A stretch of DNA of 64,000 nt from Aquificaceae bacterium (GCA_037925075.1 JAXSNR010000001.1:96001-160000); one strand, 5' to 3'; positions 20,049-29,546 are shown, numbered from the stretch's first letter. Made by a program: numbers and translations. The notes: generated by a model not told the origin, from the sequence alone.

Positions 20049-20876
20049 CTAATTATAATTTCCTTTGGTAAGGTAATCCAACACAGAGCCTTTTACCACC
20101 TCGTAAGGCACTTCATAGCCCGTCCATATTCTGAAGCTTTCCATACCCTGATAGAGTAGCATATCAAGACCATCTTGATAGGAGCATCCCTTTTCCTTTG
20201 CAAACTTCAAAAGTGGAGTTTCTCTGTAGATGATGTCCATGACCTTATGCTCCGGCTTAAGCATGCGGTAGTCAAATATAGGTGGGTCTTCATCCCTTAG
20301 ACCAAGGGAAGTGGTATTAACAATTAGCTCCACATCTTCCAGCACATCCTCTGGCCTTTTCACATGCAGGCAGTTAAACTCCTCACAAAGCCTTTTGGCC
20401 TTTTCCTCAGTCCTGTTCCACAGAAAAACCTCCGCGCCTTCAACTTTTAAAGCATACAGTACAGCCCTTGCGGAGCCTCCCGCACCAAGCACCAAGATCT
20501 TAAGACCCTTAAGGTCAGGAGTTAGCCCTCTTACCGCCTTTAAAAAACCAACCCAGTCCGTGTTGTAGGCATAAACTCCCTCGTCGCTAAACTTCAAGGT
20601 GTTGGCAGAGCCTATGGCTTGGGCGTGTCTGTCTTTGAAGTCCGCAAGTTCAAGGGCTTTTTCCTTGTGGGGAAGTGTTATGTTAGCACCTTTTACTCCA
20701 AGAGCTTTTAGACCTCTAAAGGCAGACTCAAACTCTTCAGGTTTTACCTCAAAGGGAACATAAACCGCGTTTAGAGAAAAATGTTCAAAGGATTTGTTTT
20801 GAAAAACCGGAGAAAGGGAATGTTTTACAGGATAACCTAATATGCAGTAAACTTGGGTCTTTCCGTCAATGGTCAT
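20049..20876 (-). CDS. aroE: shikimate dehydrogenase
   Basis: HSLSP, GANITLPHK, NTD, GAGGSA, MLLYQG. Confidence 0.96.
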   Translation of the reverse strand: MTIDGKTQVYCILGYPVKHSLSPVFQNKSFEHFSLNAVYVPFEVKPEEFESAFRGLKALGVKGANITLPHKEKALELADFKDRHAQAIGSANTLKFSDEGVYAYNTDWVGFLKAVRGLTPDLKGLKILVLGAGGSARAVLYALKVEGAEVFLWNRTEEKAKRLCEEFNCLHVKRPEDVLEDVELIVNTTSLGLRDEDPPIFDYRMLKPEHKVMDIIYRETPLLKFAKEKGCSYQDGLDMLLYQGMESFRIWTGYEVPYEVVKGSVLDYLTKGNYN

Positions 20877-21124
20877 CCAATCTGATACTTGGGCTGAAGT
20901 ATCTCTACCTTTTTGACCCAGCTAAGATTGCCTTTGATTGCCATATCCACCACATTCTTGACGCTTACGTCCGCTATTATACAATCGGTGCAACCACCCT
21001 CAAACTGAAGGTAAACCTCGCCTTCTCTTATATCCACCACCTTTAGGTTTCCGTGGTGTTCTTTAAGGGCTGGTCTGATCCTTTCCAGTACTTCTTCTAC
21101 TTCTTTTAGTTCCTTGTCAGTCAT
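20873..21124 (-). CDS. NifU-C/Nfu domain Fe-S carrier
   Basis: IRPAL..H.G and GGCTDC (CxxC). Confidence 0.85.
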   Translation of the reverse strand: MTDKELKEVEEVLERIRPALKEHHGNLKVVDIREGEVYLQFEGGCTDCIIADVSVKNVVDMAIKGNLSWVKKVEILQPKYQIG

Positions 21125-21363
21125 GGCTTATCCTCCAGTTGTCTGTATAAATCTTGTATCTCCTGCCAGAGATTTCCCTGAGCTTCGTCATCCAAGTCCA
21201 TCAGCCTGCAAAAGCCCTTAAGAGTTAGCTTATCCGCAACCACATCCTCTATGTCCTCCTCCAAAAGGATACGATAGCCATACCTCATGAGCGTTTCTTT
21301 TACGTGCGGGAAGTTTCTGAGAAGCTCCATAAGGTTTGTGTCCAAGGTGATCCTTTCCTTCAT
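21121..21363 (-). CDS. small protein, DUF1858-like
   Basis: ITLDTNLMELLRNFP..L.RYG...TL pattern. Confidence 0.6.
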   Translation of the reverse strand: MKERITLDTNLMELLRNFPHVKETLMRYGYRILLEEDIEDVVADKLTLKGFCRLMDLDDEAQGNLWQEIQDLYRQLEDKP

Positions 21364-21611
21364 GTTTCTTTCACCTTTCTAACAAAAAGGTGATACTCAC
21401 CCTCTTCCTCGTAAAGTCCCAAAAACTCCTGACCCGTAGCTTTGCACCATGCGGGTATATCCTCCACCACCCCCGGGTCGTCCGCCACAAGCTCAAGCAC
21501 TTGACCCACTTGCATGGTCTTTATAACCTTTGCAGTTTCAGCCACGGGCACAGGGCAAAAAGTCCCCACCACATCATGAACCACGTCTGGTTTTATGTTT
21601 TCAATTTCCAT
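21360..21611 (-). CDS. tusA: TusA/SirA-family sulfur carrier
   Basis: D..G.FCPVP, DDPG...DIPAW. Confidence 0.9.
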   Translation of the reverse strand: MEIENIKPDVVHDVVGTFCPVPVAETAKVIKTMQVGQVLELVADDPGVVEDIPAWCKATGQEFLGLYEEEGEYHLFVRKVKET

Positions 21612-22647
21612 ATTTTACTCCCTGTCTATTGTATATTTTAAGAGATTCTACCAGTTCCTCATCTGGTGGCTCTCCCCAAAGGGTGTGCTCCACAGAGCCA
21701 AGGCTGACGACCACCTCACAGGGCTGATTTTTTGAATACCTTGCGACAAGGTCAGCGACAAGCTTTTTCTCCTCTTCCCTTAGGCCACCCTTTATAAGGG
21801 CAAAGGTGCCCTTTAGGTCCTTTCTGTACGCATAGTCATACCTTTTCCTAAAGCCTTGAAGAAACCTGACCTCCCCTTCGTTCCTCGCCACTATGAGCTT
21901 GGCTCCAGAGGGAAGCCTAAAATGTCTTCCAACGGAAAAAAGTATCAGGTCTTCTCTTGTTAGTACCCCTTCTATCGCAAAGGCTTCCCTAAACCTGTAG
22001 GCATAGTTTTCATCCGTAAGATAGCAACATCCTCCTGCGGGCTGTTCGTAGTCAATGCCATACTTCTCCGCTAGGGCTATCTGTCTTCTTCTCCCTCTAC
22101 CTCTTATATCAAGGAGTTTTTCCCTGTACACCCATCCAAGTTTTTCGGGTATGGTCTCTGGAAGCACTTTTGCGGAAAGGGGTCTTAGAATGTAACCTTC
22201 AAGCCCAGATTCCTTTTCTATGAGCATAAGCCTTTCGTATGTTTGGCTCATGGGTCTTTGGCCAAGCACTTCACCGGTGATCACAAAATGGAAGCCTTCC
22301 TTCTCCATTATCTCCTTTGCCTTTTTGAGCATAAATATCCTACAATCCACACAAGGATTTACGTTTTTGCCATATCCATGCTTTGGATTTAGAATTATGT
22401 CAAAGTACTCCTGCGATATATCCACTATCTCTATAGGAACTTGAAGCTGGGCTGCTGCCCTAAGAGCGGGATTGACATATTGCGACCCGTCTTCTCTCCT
22501 CAGTCCAAGGCGCCTTTTGTGTTCGGTGATACAAAAGCCCGTGTAAAAGTGCAAAGCTTTTATCTCAACGCCTTGGTCCTGAAGGAGGCGGACCGCTAAG
22601 GAGCTATCCAGCCCTCCAGAAAAAAGAGCAACAGCCCTTACCTTCAT
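21601..22647 (-). CDS. PP-loop ATP pyrophosphatase, ThiI/MnmA-like tRNA thiolase (no THUMP domain; C-terminal NFACT-R/DUF814-like)
   Basis: SGGLDS, NPCVDCR, TGEVLGQRPMSQ, PAGGCC, GRHFRL. Confidence 0.8.
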   Translation of the reverse strand: MKVRAVALFSGGLDSSLAVRLLQDQGVEIKALHFYTGFCITEHKRRLGLRREDGSQYVNPALRAAAQLQVPIEIVDISQEYFDIILNPKHGYGKNVNPCVDCRIFMLKKAKEIMEKEGFHFVITGEVLGQRPMSQTYERLMLIEKESGLEGYILRPLSAKVLPETIPEKLGWVYREKLLDIRGRGRRRQIALAEKYGIDYEQPAGGCCYLTDENYAYRFREAFAIEGVLTREDLILFSVGRHFRLPSGAKLIVARNEGEVRFLQGFRKRYDYAYRKDLKGTFALIKGGLREEEKKLVADLVARYSKNQPCEVVVSLGSVEHTLWGEPPDEELVESLKIYNRQGVKYGN

Positions 22648-23105
22648 GTGGAAAGAAACTCAAACTCCCTGCTTTCTTCTTCTTCCTCTTCGTAGCAGTC
22701 GGGTATACGCATAGCCTCTTCTACCCTTCCCTGCTTGAGAAGGTAATCCTTTATGGCCACATGCAAGGTTTCCAGTCCAAGGTTTGTGCAATGAATCTTC
22801 TGTGGAGGAAGTCCGCCAAGCTCATCAAATATATCCTTGTAGGTAAGGTTCAAAGCGTAGCTTATAGGCTTGCCCTTTATCATCTCTGTAAGCTGTGAAG
22901 AAACCGCAATGGCGGAGCCACAGCCAAAGGTTTTAAACCTTACATCCTCTATTATATCCTTTTCGGGGTTTATCTTTAGAGTAAATAGCATGGCGTCGCC
23001 ACAGGCTGGATTGCCACACTGCCCAATGGCGTTGGCATCCTCAAGCACACCCACATTTCGTGGGTTCAAAAAGTGGTCAAGCACCTTCTCACTGTATTCA
23101 AACAT
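22644..23105 (-). CDS. iscU: Fe-S scaffold IscU
   Basis: DHFLNPRNVG, GNPACGD, FGCGSAIA, KIHC. Confidence 0.95.
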   Translation of the reverse strand: MFEYSEKVLDHFLNPRNVGVLEDANAIGQCGNPACGDAMLFTLKINPEKDIIEDVRFKTFGCGSAIAVSSQLTEMIKGKPISYALNLTYKDIFDELGGLPPQKIHCTNLGLETLHVAIKDYLLKQGRVEEAMRIPDCYEEEEEESREFEFLST

Positions 23106-23133
23106 CTTAACACCTCCTTAACTTTGATGAAGT

Positions 23134-23176
23134 AGAATATGACACCTCTCTGGAAATCTGCTATGACCTTTATCAA
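23134..23176 (-). promoter_or_regulatory. putative class II CRP/FNR-family promoter of the iscU operon
   Basis: TTGAT-AAAG-GTCAT (23163-23176) centred about 42 bp upstream of the start implied by -10 TATTCT (23134-23139). Confidence 0.5.
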
Positions 23177-23185
23177 AGATGTGGA

Positions 23186-23869
23186 TTACATATAGTTTTC
23201 CACAATTGTGCCAAAAGTTCTACTAAGCCTGTGGTCATCTTCAAGCTCAAGAAACTCCTTGACTTTAACCTTGCTTGCAAAAAGCCTTGAGTGTTCCACT
23301 GGAACCATTTCGTCCTGCCTGCCATGGAATACGTAAATCTCGTAGGGAACTTCCGAAGGGAAATCCACTCCACCATCTTCGATTATCTCATAGCCCTTTT
23401 GAAGTATATCTATGGCGAAGTCTTTGTGTATGGTCAGCTCAAGCCCTGTTTCGCACTCTGTAAAGCTCAGCTCCTCTTTACCCTCAAGCCAGTTCTTGCA
23501 TTTTTCCTCTCCCACCTCCTTCAAGGTAAGGTCTAAGGTTGAGTAAGAGGGAGCAAAAAGAAAAACCTTACCCACCTTTTCTGGCTTATAGAATTTAAGG
23601 TAGTTAAGCCATACATATCCACCGTGAGAACTCCCAGAAAGCCAAAGGGTAGAAAACTTCTGAGAAAAGCCTTTTACAAGGGCATCAAGCACTTCAAGGG
23701 TCTTAGTGGTAGTTGTTGTCTGATAGTCCATATCCATGGCAAAGAGAGAAAACCTACCTTTGAAACTTCTTTCCCTTAGAAGGCTTAGCTTACTGCCTCT
23801 TACATTGCTGGCAAAACCATGAAGGTGTATTAAAATAACCTCAGGATTTGTAGGCTCGTAGATGAACAT
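23186..23869 (-). CDS. alpha/beta hydrolase, YqiA/UPF0227-like
   Basis: HLHGFAS, GSSHGG nucleophile elbow, HGRQDE, DDH. Confidence 0.85.
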   Translation of the reverse strand: MFIYEPTNPEVILIHLHGFASNVRGSKLSLLRERSFKGRFSLFAMDMDYQTTTTTKTLEVLDALVKGFSQKFSTLWLSGSSHGGYVWLNYLKFYKPEKVGKVFLFAPSYSTLDLTLKEVGEEKCKNWLEGKEELSFTECETGLELTIHKDFAIDILQKGYEIIEDGGVDFPSEVPYEIYVFHGRQDEMVPVEHSRLFASKVKVKEFLELEDDHRLSRTFGTIVENYM

Positions 23870-24437
23870 AAGGGAAATTATAGAGGATTTGGAAACGAGA
23901 AGGAAGGTCTTTCACCTTTTCGCCCTTCTTCTGTGGCTAATTCCTTTGAATTTCTTTCCGAGAGGACTTAGCCTGCTTGTCTTCTTAATGGTTATAGCTA
24001 TCAACCTTTTGACTGTTCTAAGGCTTTGGGAAAACAAGTTTAACCTTTACTACAGGCTTATATACATCCTTGAAAGGGAGAAGAACCTTTCAAAGCCCGG
24101 CATTCAGGCTCTTTGGGCAAACTTGGGCATATTTTTGGCGTTTTTGATTTTTGGGAAAGAACCTGCCATGGTGGCTGTGGCAACCCTTGCAGTAGGAGAC
24201 GCCTTTGCCAGCGTGGTGGGTATAAGGTGGGGTAGGACAAGAATAGGAGGGAGAAGTCTTGAGGGTACCCTTGCCTTCTTTTTCTCCAGTTTTATTGTAC
24301 TCTTGCCCTTCATTGGACTGTGGAAAGCTCTTTCCGTGTCCCTTTTTTCCGCGGTGGTTGAAGCTTTACCTGTTAGGATAGATGACAACCTTACCGTGCC
24401 CTTGACCGCAGGGTTTGTTTGTTGGATAATGCTTTAG
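23862..24437 (+). CDS. CTP-dependent polyprenol/diacylglycerol kinase (dolichol/phytol kinase-like)
   Basis: RRKVFH, GDAFASVVG, RSLEGT, DDNLTVP. Confidence 0.85.
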   Translation: MNIREIIEDLETRRKVFHLFALLLWLIPLNFFPRGLSLLVFLMVIAINLLTVLRLWENKFNLYYRLIYILEREKNLSKPGIQALWANLGIFLAFLIFGKEPAMVAVATLAVGDAFASVVGIRWGRTRIGGRSLEGTLAFFFSSFIVLLPFIGLWKALSVSLFSAVVEALPVRIDDNLTVPLTAGFVCWIML

Positions 24438-24439
24438 AC

Positions 24440-25333
24440 ATGCTTATAAAAGAAGGGGTCAATCTTGCACCTTTTACCACCATAGGCGTGGGCGGTTTGG
24501 CGAAGTACCTTAGCCAACCAAAAAGCGAAAAAGAGCTAAGGCATTCCCTTTTCTTTGCCTTTGATAGAGGTTTAGAAATCTTTATTCTTGGTAGGGGTGC
24601 AAACACCATTTTTGGGGACTTTGACGGTCTTGTGGTGAGTATGAGAGCCTTCAAATGTCTAAAGGTAAAGAGAGAAGAAAATTTCTTCATTGTAGAGGCT
24701 GAGGCTGGAGTGCCCCTGTCGGAGCTTGTAAAGTTGTCTCTGAGGGAAAACCTAGAAGGTATTTACAGGCTTATGGGATTTCCAGCGACCGTTGGTGGTG
24801 CGGTGGCCATGAACGCGGGAGCCTTTAACTACGAGATAAGCCAGCACCTTGTGGAGGTTGTCTTTATGGATTGGGAAGGTGAAATCCATAAGATAAAGAG
24901 GGAAGAGCTTAACTTTTCCTATAGGTATTCCCCTTTCCCTGAACTTGGCATTGTGCTTTCAGCCAGTTTTAAGGTACCAGTAAGCAAAAGCAGTGTAAAG
25001 GGAGAGTACGAATTTATAAGAGAAAAAAGGAAGAAAACTCAACCCATAAACATGCCCACAAGTGGATCCACCTTTAAAAACCCACCAGAGGATCACGCGG
25101 GAAGGCTTTTAGAAACCGTAGGTATGAAGGGCTACAGAATGGGTCAAATAGCCTTTTCCCATCTTCATGCCAACTTCCTTATAAACTTGGGAGGTGGAAG
25201 CTTTGAAGATGTGGTTAGAATAATACAAGAGGCAAAGAGAAGGGTTTTTGAAGAGTTTGGTATAACCCTTGAAGAGGAGGTAAGGCTCGTTGAAGGTAGT
25301 AGTGCTTATGGGAGGATGGTCCGCAGAACGTGA
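24440..25333 (+). CDS. murB: UDP-N-acetylenolpyruvoylglucosamine reductase
   Basis: TVGGAVAMNAGA, GSTFKNP, HANF, LEEEV; ATG at 24440 preferred. Confidence 0.93.
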   Translation: MLIKEGVNLAPFTTIGVGGLAKYLSQPKSEKELRHSLFFAFDRGLEIFILGRGANTIFGDFDGLVVSMRAFKCLKVKREENFFIVEAEAGVPLSELVKLSLRENLEGIYRLMGFPATVGGAVAMNAGAFNYEISQHLVEVVFMDWEGEIHKIKREELNFSYRYSPFPELGIVLSASFKVPVSKSSVKGEYEFIREKRKKTQPINMPTSGSTFKNPPEDHAGRLLETVGMKGYRMGQIAFSHLHANFLINLGGGSFEDVVRIIQEAKRRVFEEFGITLEEEVRLVEGSSAYGRMVRRT

Positions 25334-26159
25334 GATATCCATAAAAAGCGGTCAGGCAGTGCTAAAAGCTTTAAAGGAGCTTGGACATGAAGCCCTTCCC
25401 CTTGACCTTACAGAAGACCTGTGTGAGAAGTTGAGGGAGATAAAACCTGACAAGGTCTTTATAGCCCTTCATGGTCCGTATGGAGAGGACGGAAGGGTAC
25501 AAGGACTTCTTGACATCTTGGGCATCCCTTACATAGGCTCAGGAGTACTTGGAAGTAGTATAGCCATGGATAAGGATACGACCAAAAAGGTCCTTTCCTT
25601 TCATGGCATAAAGGTGCCCCATTGGGTGTGTGTAAGGTCAGAAGAGGAGGAGTTAAAGTGGGATATCTATCCTGCGGTGGTAAAGCCTGCGGATCAGGGC
25701 TCAAGTGTGGGGCTTTTTGTGGTAAAAAACCAAGAGGAAGCAAAGGAAGCTATAGCCAAATGCCTTGATATTTCAAGAAAGGTTATGGTGGAAGAGTATA
25801 TAGAAGGTAGGGATGTAACCGTGGGAATCTTAAAGGAAAAGGCACTGCCACCCATCGAAATAAGACCAAAAAAGGGAGTGTACGATTACGAAAGCAAGTA
25901 TACAAAAGGTATGACGGAATACCTTTTTGTAGAAGACAAAGACCTTGTTGAAAGGCTACAAAAGACAGCACTTCTTGCCCACAAATCTCTTGAACTTAAA
26001 GACCTTTCAAGGGTAGACTTCAGAGTAGACAAAGAAGGAAATATATACCTTCTGGAAGTGAATACCATACCCGGCTTGACGGAGTTAAGCCTTTTTCCTA
26101 TGGCTTGCAGAAAGGCAGGGCTTGATTTTAAAGAATTGATAGATATGTTATTATTTTAA
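25290..26159 (+). CDS. ddl: D-alanine--D-alanine ligase
   Basis: GG.SAERE.S, LHGPYGEDG, GSSVG, YDYESKY, EVNTIPG. Confidence 0.96.
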   Translation: MKVVVLMGGWSAEREISIKSGQAVLKALKELGHEALPLDLTEDLCEKLREIKPDKVFIALHGPYGEDGRVQGLLDILGIPYIGSGVLGSSIAMDKDTTKKVLSFHGIKVPHWVCVRSEEEELKWDIYPAVVKPADQGSSVGLFVVKNQEEAKEAIAKCLDISRKVMVEEYIEGRDVTVGILKEKALPPIEIRPKKGVYDYESKYTKGMTEYLFVEDKDLVERLQKTALLAHKSLELKDLSRVDFRVDKEGNIYLLEVNTIPGLTELSLFPMACRKAGLDFKELIDMLLF

Positions 26160-26161
26160 TC

Positions 26162-26884
26162 ATGAAAAAAACTGGGAGACAGGGGAAATTGATTGGTTAT
26201 ATTCTTTCCATATTATGGCTTTCTTCGATGGGTCTTTCTGGCTTCCTTTTCCCCTACTTTACCGACAACATAGACTTCTTCAAAATAAAGGCTCTACACA
26301 TAGAAGGTCTTGAAACCATACCATCCGAGGTTATAGTGGATGAAATTAGAAAATTTAAAAACAACTGGCTATTCATTGACAACACAACTTTCTTAAGAAG
26401 CTTAAACAATAAAACTGGCAATTCCATTAATAGCGTAAAAACAGATAGAGTTTTTAGCACTAAAGGGGTAGAGTTAAGAATATTTGTTGAAGAAAGGAAA
26501 CCAATTGTCACCATGATTAAAGATGATCTTGTGTATTTCTTAGACGAAAATGGAACAGTATTTCAATCACAATATATGCAAGTCGTCAAGCCTGTAGTAT
26601 ATACCCATGATATTGAGCTTGTGAAAAGAAACTTCAATAATTTAAAAATGTTAATTGATTTAACGGGAGGAAACCTGGGGGAAATCTACATAACGAATCT
26701 GAATACTGTAGCTTACACTATAGAGGGATTAAAGATAAACATGCCTCCCATATTTCTCCTAAACAGACAGACTTTACAAAATGTGATAGATGTTTTTAAA
26801 ATTTATAATATTGATATGAAGACCAAAGAGTTAGACTTAAACATGGAGGGTATAGTAATAATAAGAGGAGAAAAGATAAGATGA
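26162..26884 (+). CDS. ftsQ: cell division protein FtsQ/DivIB (divergent)
   Basis: TM + POTRA-like region, VEERKP, position between ddl and ftsA. Confidence 0.75.
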   Translation: MKKTGRQGKLIGYILSILWLSSMGLSGFLFPYFTDNIDFFKIKALHIEGLETIPSEVIVDEIRKFKNNWLFIDNTTFLRSLNNKTGNSINSVKTDRVFSTKGVELRIFVEERKPIVTMIKDDLVYFLDENGTVFQSQYMQVVKPVVYTHDIELVKRNFNNLKMLIDLTGGNLGEIYITNLNTVAYTIEGLKINMPPIFLLNRQTLQNVIDVFKIYNIDMKTKELDLNMEGIVIIRGEKIR

Positions 26885-28134
26885 AGTTAATAACAGCTCT
26901 TGACATAGGAACCAGTAAGGTGGTAGCCCTTGTGGGGGAGATAGACAGCTACGGTGACGTTCATATAATTGGAATTGGGGAGAGCCCTTCGAAAGGTATA
27001 GACAGGGGTTATGTTACAAGATTAGACCTTGCGGTGAATTCAGTTCTCAGTGCTATCAAAGAAGCTCAGGAAATGTCCGGTGTAAAACTCTCAACGGTTG
27101 TACTTGGTATTTCTGGTCCAACCCTCAAAAGTCAAAACGAAAGGGACACGGTGAGCATATCCTCTCAGCCTGTGGAGATAGACTATACACACATAGAAAG
27201 GTTGATAGATAGGGCTGTTATGCGATCAAGGGAGGAGGGCTATGAGATACTCAGCGCAGTACCCAGAAGGTTTGTGTTAGACGAACAAGAGGGCGTTATA
27301 GACCCCGTGGGTCTTCTTGGCTCAAAGATATCCGCAGAGGTGCATGTGGTAAAGATAGGAACAAGCCTTCTAAGAAATACAGAAAAGGTTGTTATGAACG
27401 CCGGTGTGGATATAACTGGTAAGTTTCTTTCTCCTCTTGCCTCTGCGGAAGCAGTACTTACCAACGAGGAAAAGGAAGAAGGTGTACTTATGATAGATAT
27501 AGGTGCAGGGCTTACAGATTTTGTGGTCTTTTCCGAGGGAGCAATACTCTTTACAGGATGTATTCCAGTTGGTGGTATTAACATAACAAAGGACATAGCA
27601 CACTACATGAAAGTAAACATAGAACAGGCGGAGAAGATAAAGGTAGAAAGCGGGTACGCACTGGCGGATGCGGTAAACGAGACAGAAAGGATAAAGATAA
27701 AACCAAGAGGTGAAGAAAAAGAGGTAACAATTGGAAGAAAACAGCTTGCTGAGGTAATACAGATAAGGCTTGAAGAAATAATGGAAAGAATAGCGGACCA
27801 CCTGAATTCTCAGGGGGTGAACTTGGACTCTCTCCATGGGGGGGTGGTCATAACAGGTGGATCCGCAAAGTTGACTGGCATGCGGGAGTTTCTCGAAAGG
27901 TATTTTGACCTTCCTGTAAGGATAGGCTACCCTATTGGTGTGATAGGTCTAAAGGAAAAGGTACAAGACCCAGCCTACTCTACAGTGGTAGGGCTTGTCA
28001 AACTGGCTCACAGAGGGCTTCCACTTGAAAAGAGGGGAGTATCCCAAAAGGGAAAAGAGAAGGCTATGGATAATGCCTTTAACCTTTCAAGCCTTATAAC
28101 CAAGCTCAAAGCCTTTTTTAAGGATATAATGTAA
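26881..28134 (+). CDS. ftsA: cell division protein FtsA
   Basis: ALDIGTSKV, IDIGAGLTD, VITGGSA, C-terminal amphipathic helix. Confidence 0.96.
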   Translation: MKLITALDIGTSKVVALVGEIDSYGDVHIIGIGESPSKGIDRGYVTRLDLAVNSVLSAIKEAQEMSGVKLSTVVLGISGPTLKSQNERDTVSISSQPVEIDYTHIERLIDRAVMRSREEGYEILSAVPRRFVLDEQEGVIDPVGLLGSKISAEVHVVKIGTSLLRNTEKVVMNAGVDITGKFLSPLASAEAVLTNEEKEEGVLMIDIGAGLTDFVVFSEGAILFTGCIPVGGINITKDIAHYMKVNIEQAEKIKVESGYALADAVNETERIKIKPRGEEKEVTIGRKQLAEVIQIRLEEIMERIADHLNSQGVNLDSLHGGVVITGGSAKLTGMREFLERYFDLPVRIGYPIGVIGLKEKVQDPAYSTVVGLVKLAHRGLPLEKRGVSQKGKEKAMDNAFNLSSLITKLKAFFKDIM

Positions 28135-28150
28135 ACCAAGGAGGAGAGGT

Positions 28151-29236
28151 ATGGAAGCTTTTAACCCTACCAGAATAAAGGTGTTCGGAGTCGGGGGCGG
28201 TGGCTCCAACGCGGTAAACAGGATGTATCTTGAAGGTATGGAAGGGGTAGACCTCTTTGTGATAAATACAGACGTTCAACATATCGCATCTCTCTCTGTC
28301 CCTAACAAAATACAGATAGGTGAAAAGGTTACAAAGGGCTTGGGTGCTGGTGCAAAGCCAGAGATAGGAGAGCAAGCAGCCCTTGAGGATGCGGACAAGA
28401 TAAGGGAGGTTCTCAGAAACACAGACATGCTCTTTATAGCCAGTGGTCTTGGTGGAGGGACTGGAACTGGTGCAGCACCTGTAATAGCGGAAATAGCCAA
28501 AGATATGGGTATACTTACAGTGGCTGTGGTTACTAAACCCTTTAACTTCGAAGGACCAAAAAGGATGCAGGTGGCAAACGAAGGACTTGAAAAGCTCAAA
28601 GATGTGGTGGATACCTACATAGTGGTTAACAATCAGAAGCTGGTAGAGATGGCTGATCGAAACTTCAGCATAAAGGACGCCTTTAAAATGGTGGATGATG
28701 TTTTGGCAAAGGCGGTCATGGGGATAACCAGTATAGTGGTCACTCCAGCCCTTATAAATGTGGACTTTGCGGACGTTAAAACGGTCATGGAAAAGGGTGG
28801 TCTTGCCCTTATAGGCATAGGCGAAGGCAGGGGAGATGGAAGAAGGGACTATGCCATAGAACAAGCCATAAGCAGTCCTCTTCTTGAAGGCAACAGCATA
28901 CAGGGTGCAAGGAGGCTTCTTGTAACCCTTTGGGTAAGCGAGGATGTGCCCTTTAGAGAGGTTGAGGAAACCATAAGCAGGATAAGAGAAACCGCCCATG
29001 AAGACGCATTAATAATCTTTGGTGCAATGCTTGAAAACAGTAAGGAAAACTTCATGCGGGTGGCTGTGGTTGCCACTGATTTTGAAAACGCCCAAAGCTT
29101 GGGACAGCTCAAAGTGGTCAAAAAACCCGAATTTAAAGAGCCCATGAAAAAGGCAGTCCCAGAAACCACCATAGAACCTATTCAACCAGAAATTGAAGAA
29201 ATACCCGCCTATCTTAGGAGGAAGAGGAAGATATAA
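28151..29236 (+). CDS. ftsZ: cell division protein FtsZ
   Basis: GVGGGGSNAV, GGGTGTG, INVDFAD, C-terminal EIPAYLR. Confidence 0.98.
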   Translation: MEAFNPTRIKVFGVGGGGSNAVNRMYLEGMEGVDLFVINTDVQHIASLSVPNKIQIGEKVTKGLGAGAKPEIGEQAALEDADKIREVLRNTDMLFIASGLGGGTGTGAAPVIAEIAKDMGILTVAVVTKPFNFEGPKRMQVANEGLEKLKDVVDTYIVVNNQKLVEMADRNFSIKDAFKMVDDVLAKAVMGITSIVVTPALINVDFADVKTVMEKGGLALIGIGEGRGDGRRDYAIEQAISSPLLEGNSIQGARRLLVTLWVSEDVPFREVEETISRIRETAHEDALIIFGAMLENSKENFMRVAVVATDFENAQSLGQLKVVKKPEFKEPMKKAVPETTIEPIQPEIEEIPAYLRRKRKI

Positions 29237-29239
29237 CCT

Positions 29240-29512
29240 ATGCAGAGAATAGACACAAGGGGTGATAAGTCCTTAGCCTTCCTTTTGGGACTTGTTTATG
29301 GATATAGGAATGCGGAATTTGAGCTAAAAATTTTTGACCTTGAACACTTTTGCATAGAGAATCATCTAAAAGACAAAGTTTATTACATAAACAGAAAGAG
29401 TGGAGAGCTCTATGAACACTACACAGAAGAAACCACGCACATATGCGCCATAAGGGAAGATAAAATTAACGGTAAAGTGGTGCTTTTTGTATACAAAAAG
29501 AAAGTGAAATAA
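29240..29512 (+). CDS. hypothetical protein
   Basis: 90-aa ORF starting 3 nt after the ftsZ stop, same strand. Confidence 0.6.
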   Translation: MQRIDTRGDKSLAFLLGLVYGYRNAEFELKIFDLEHFCIENHLKDKVYYINRKSGELYEHYTEETTHICAIREDKINGKVVLFVYKKKVK

Positions 29513-29514
29513 AA

Positions 29515-29546
29515 GCCTTGAATTAAAAGGGTTCAAAGCCTATAAT
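29515..29546 (+). promoter_or_regulatory. promoter of the cus-like operon with an overlapping inverted repeat
   Basis: TTGAAT-17 bp-TATAAT, ATG 6 nt later; GCCTTGAA-N9-TTCAAAGC dyad over the -35. Confidence 0.5.

Noticed and set aside
26162..26884. AT-rich ftsQ as a foreign insertion
   Set aside because: Canonical ddl-ftsQ-ftsA-ftsZ position; a fast-evolving gene that often holds internal promoters
28118..28999. 293-aa antisense ORF over ftsZ (likewise 2535-3281, 10096-10767, 11056-11775, 45147-45716 and others)
   Set aside because: Shadow ORFs opposite well-supported genes, with no motifs
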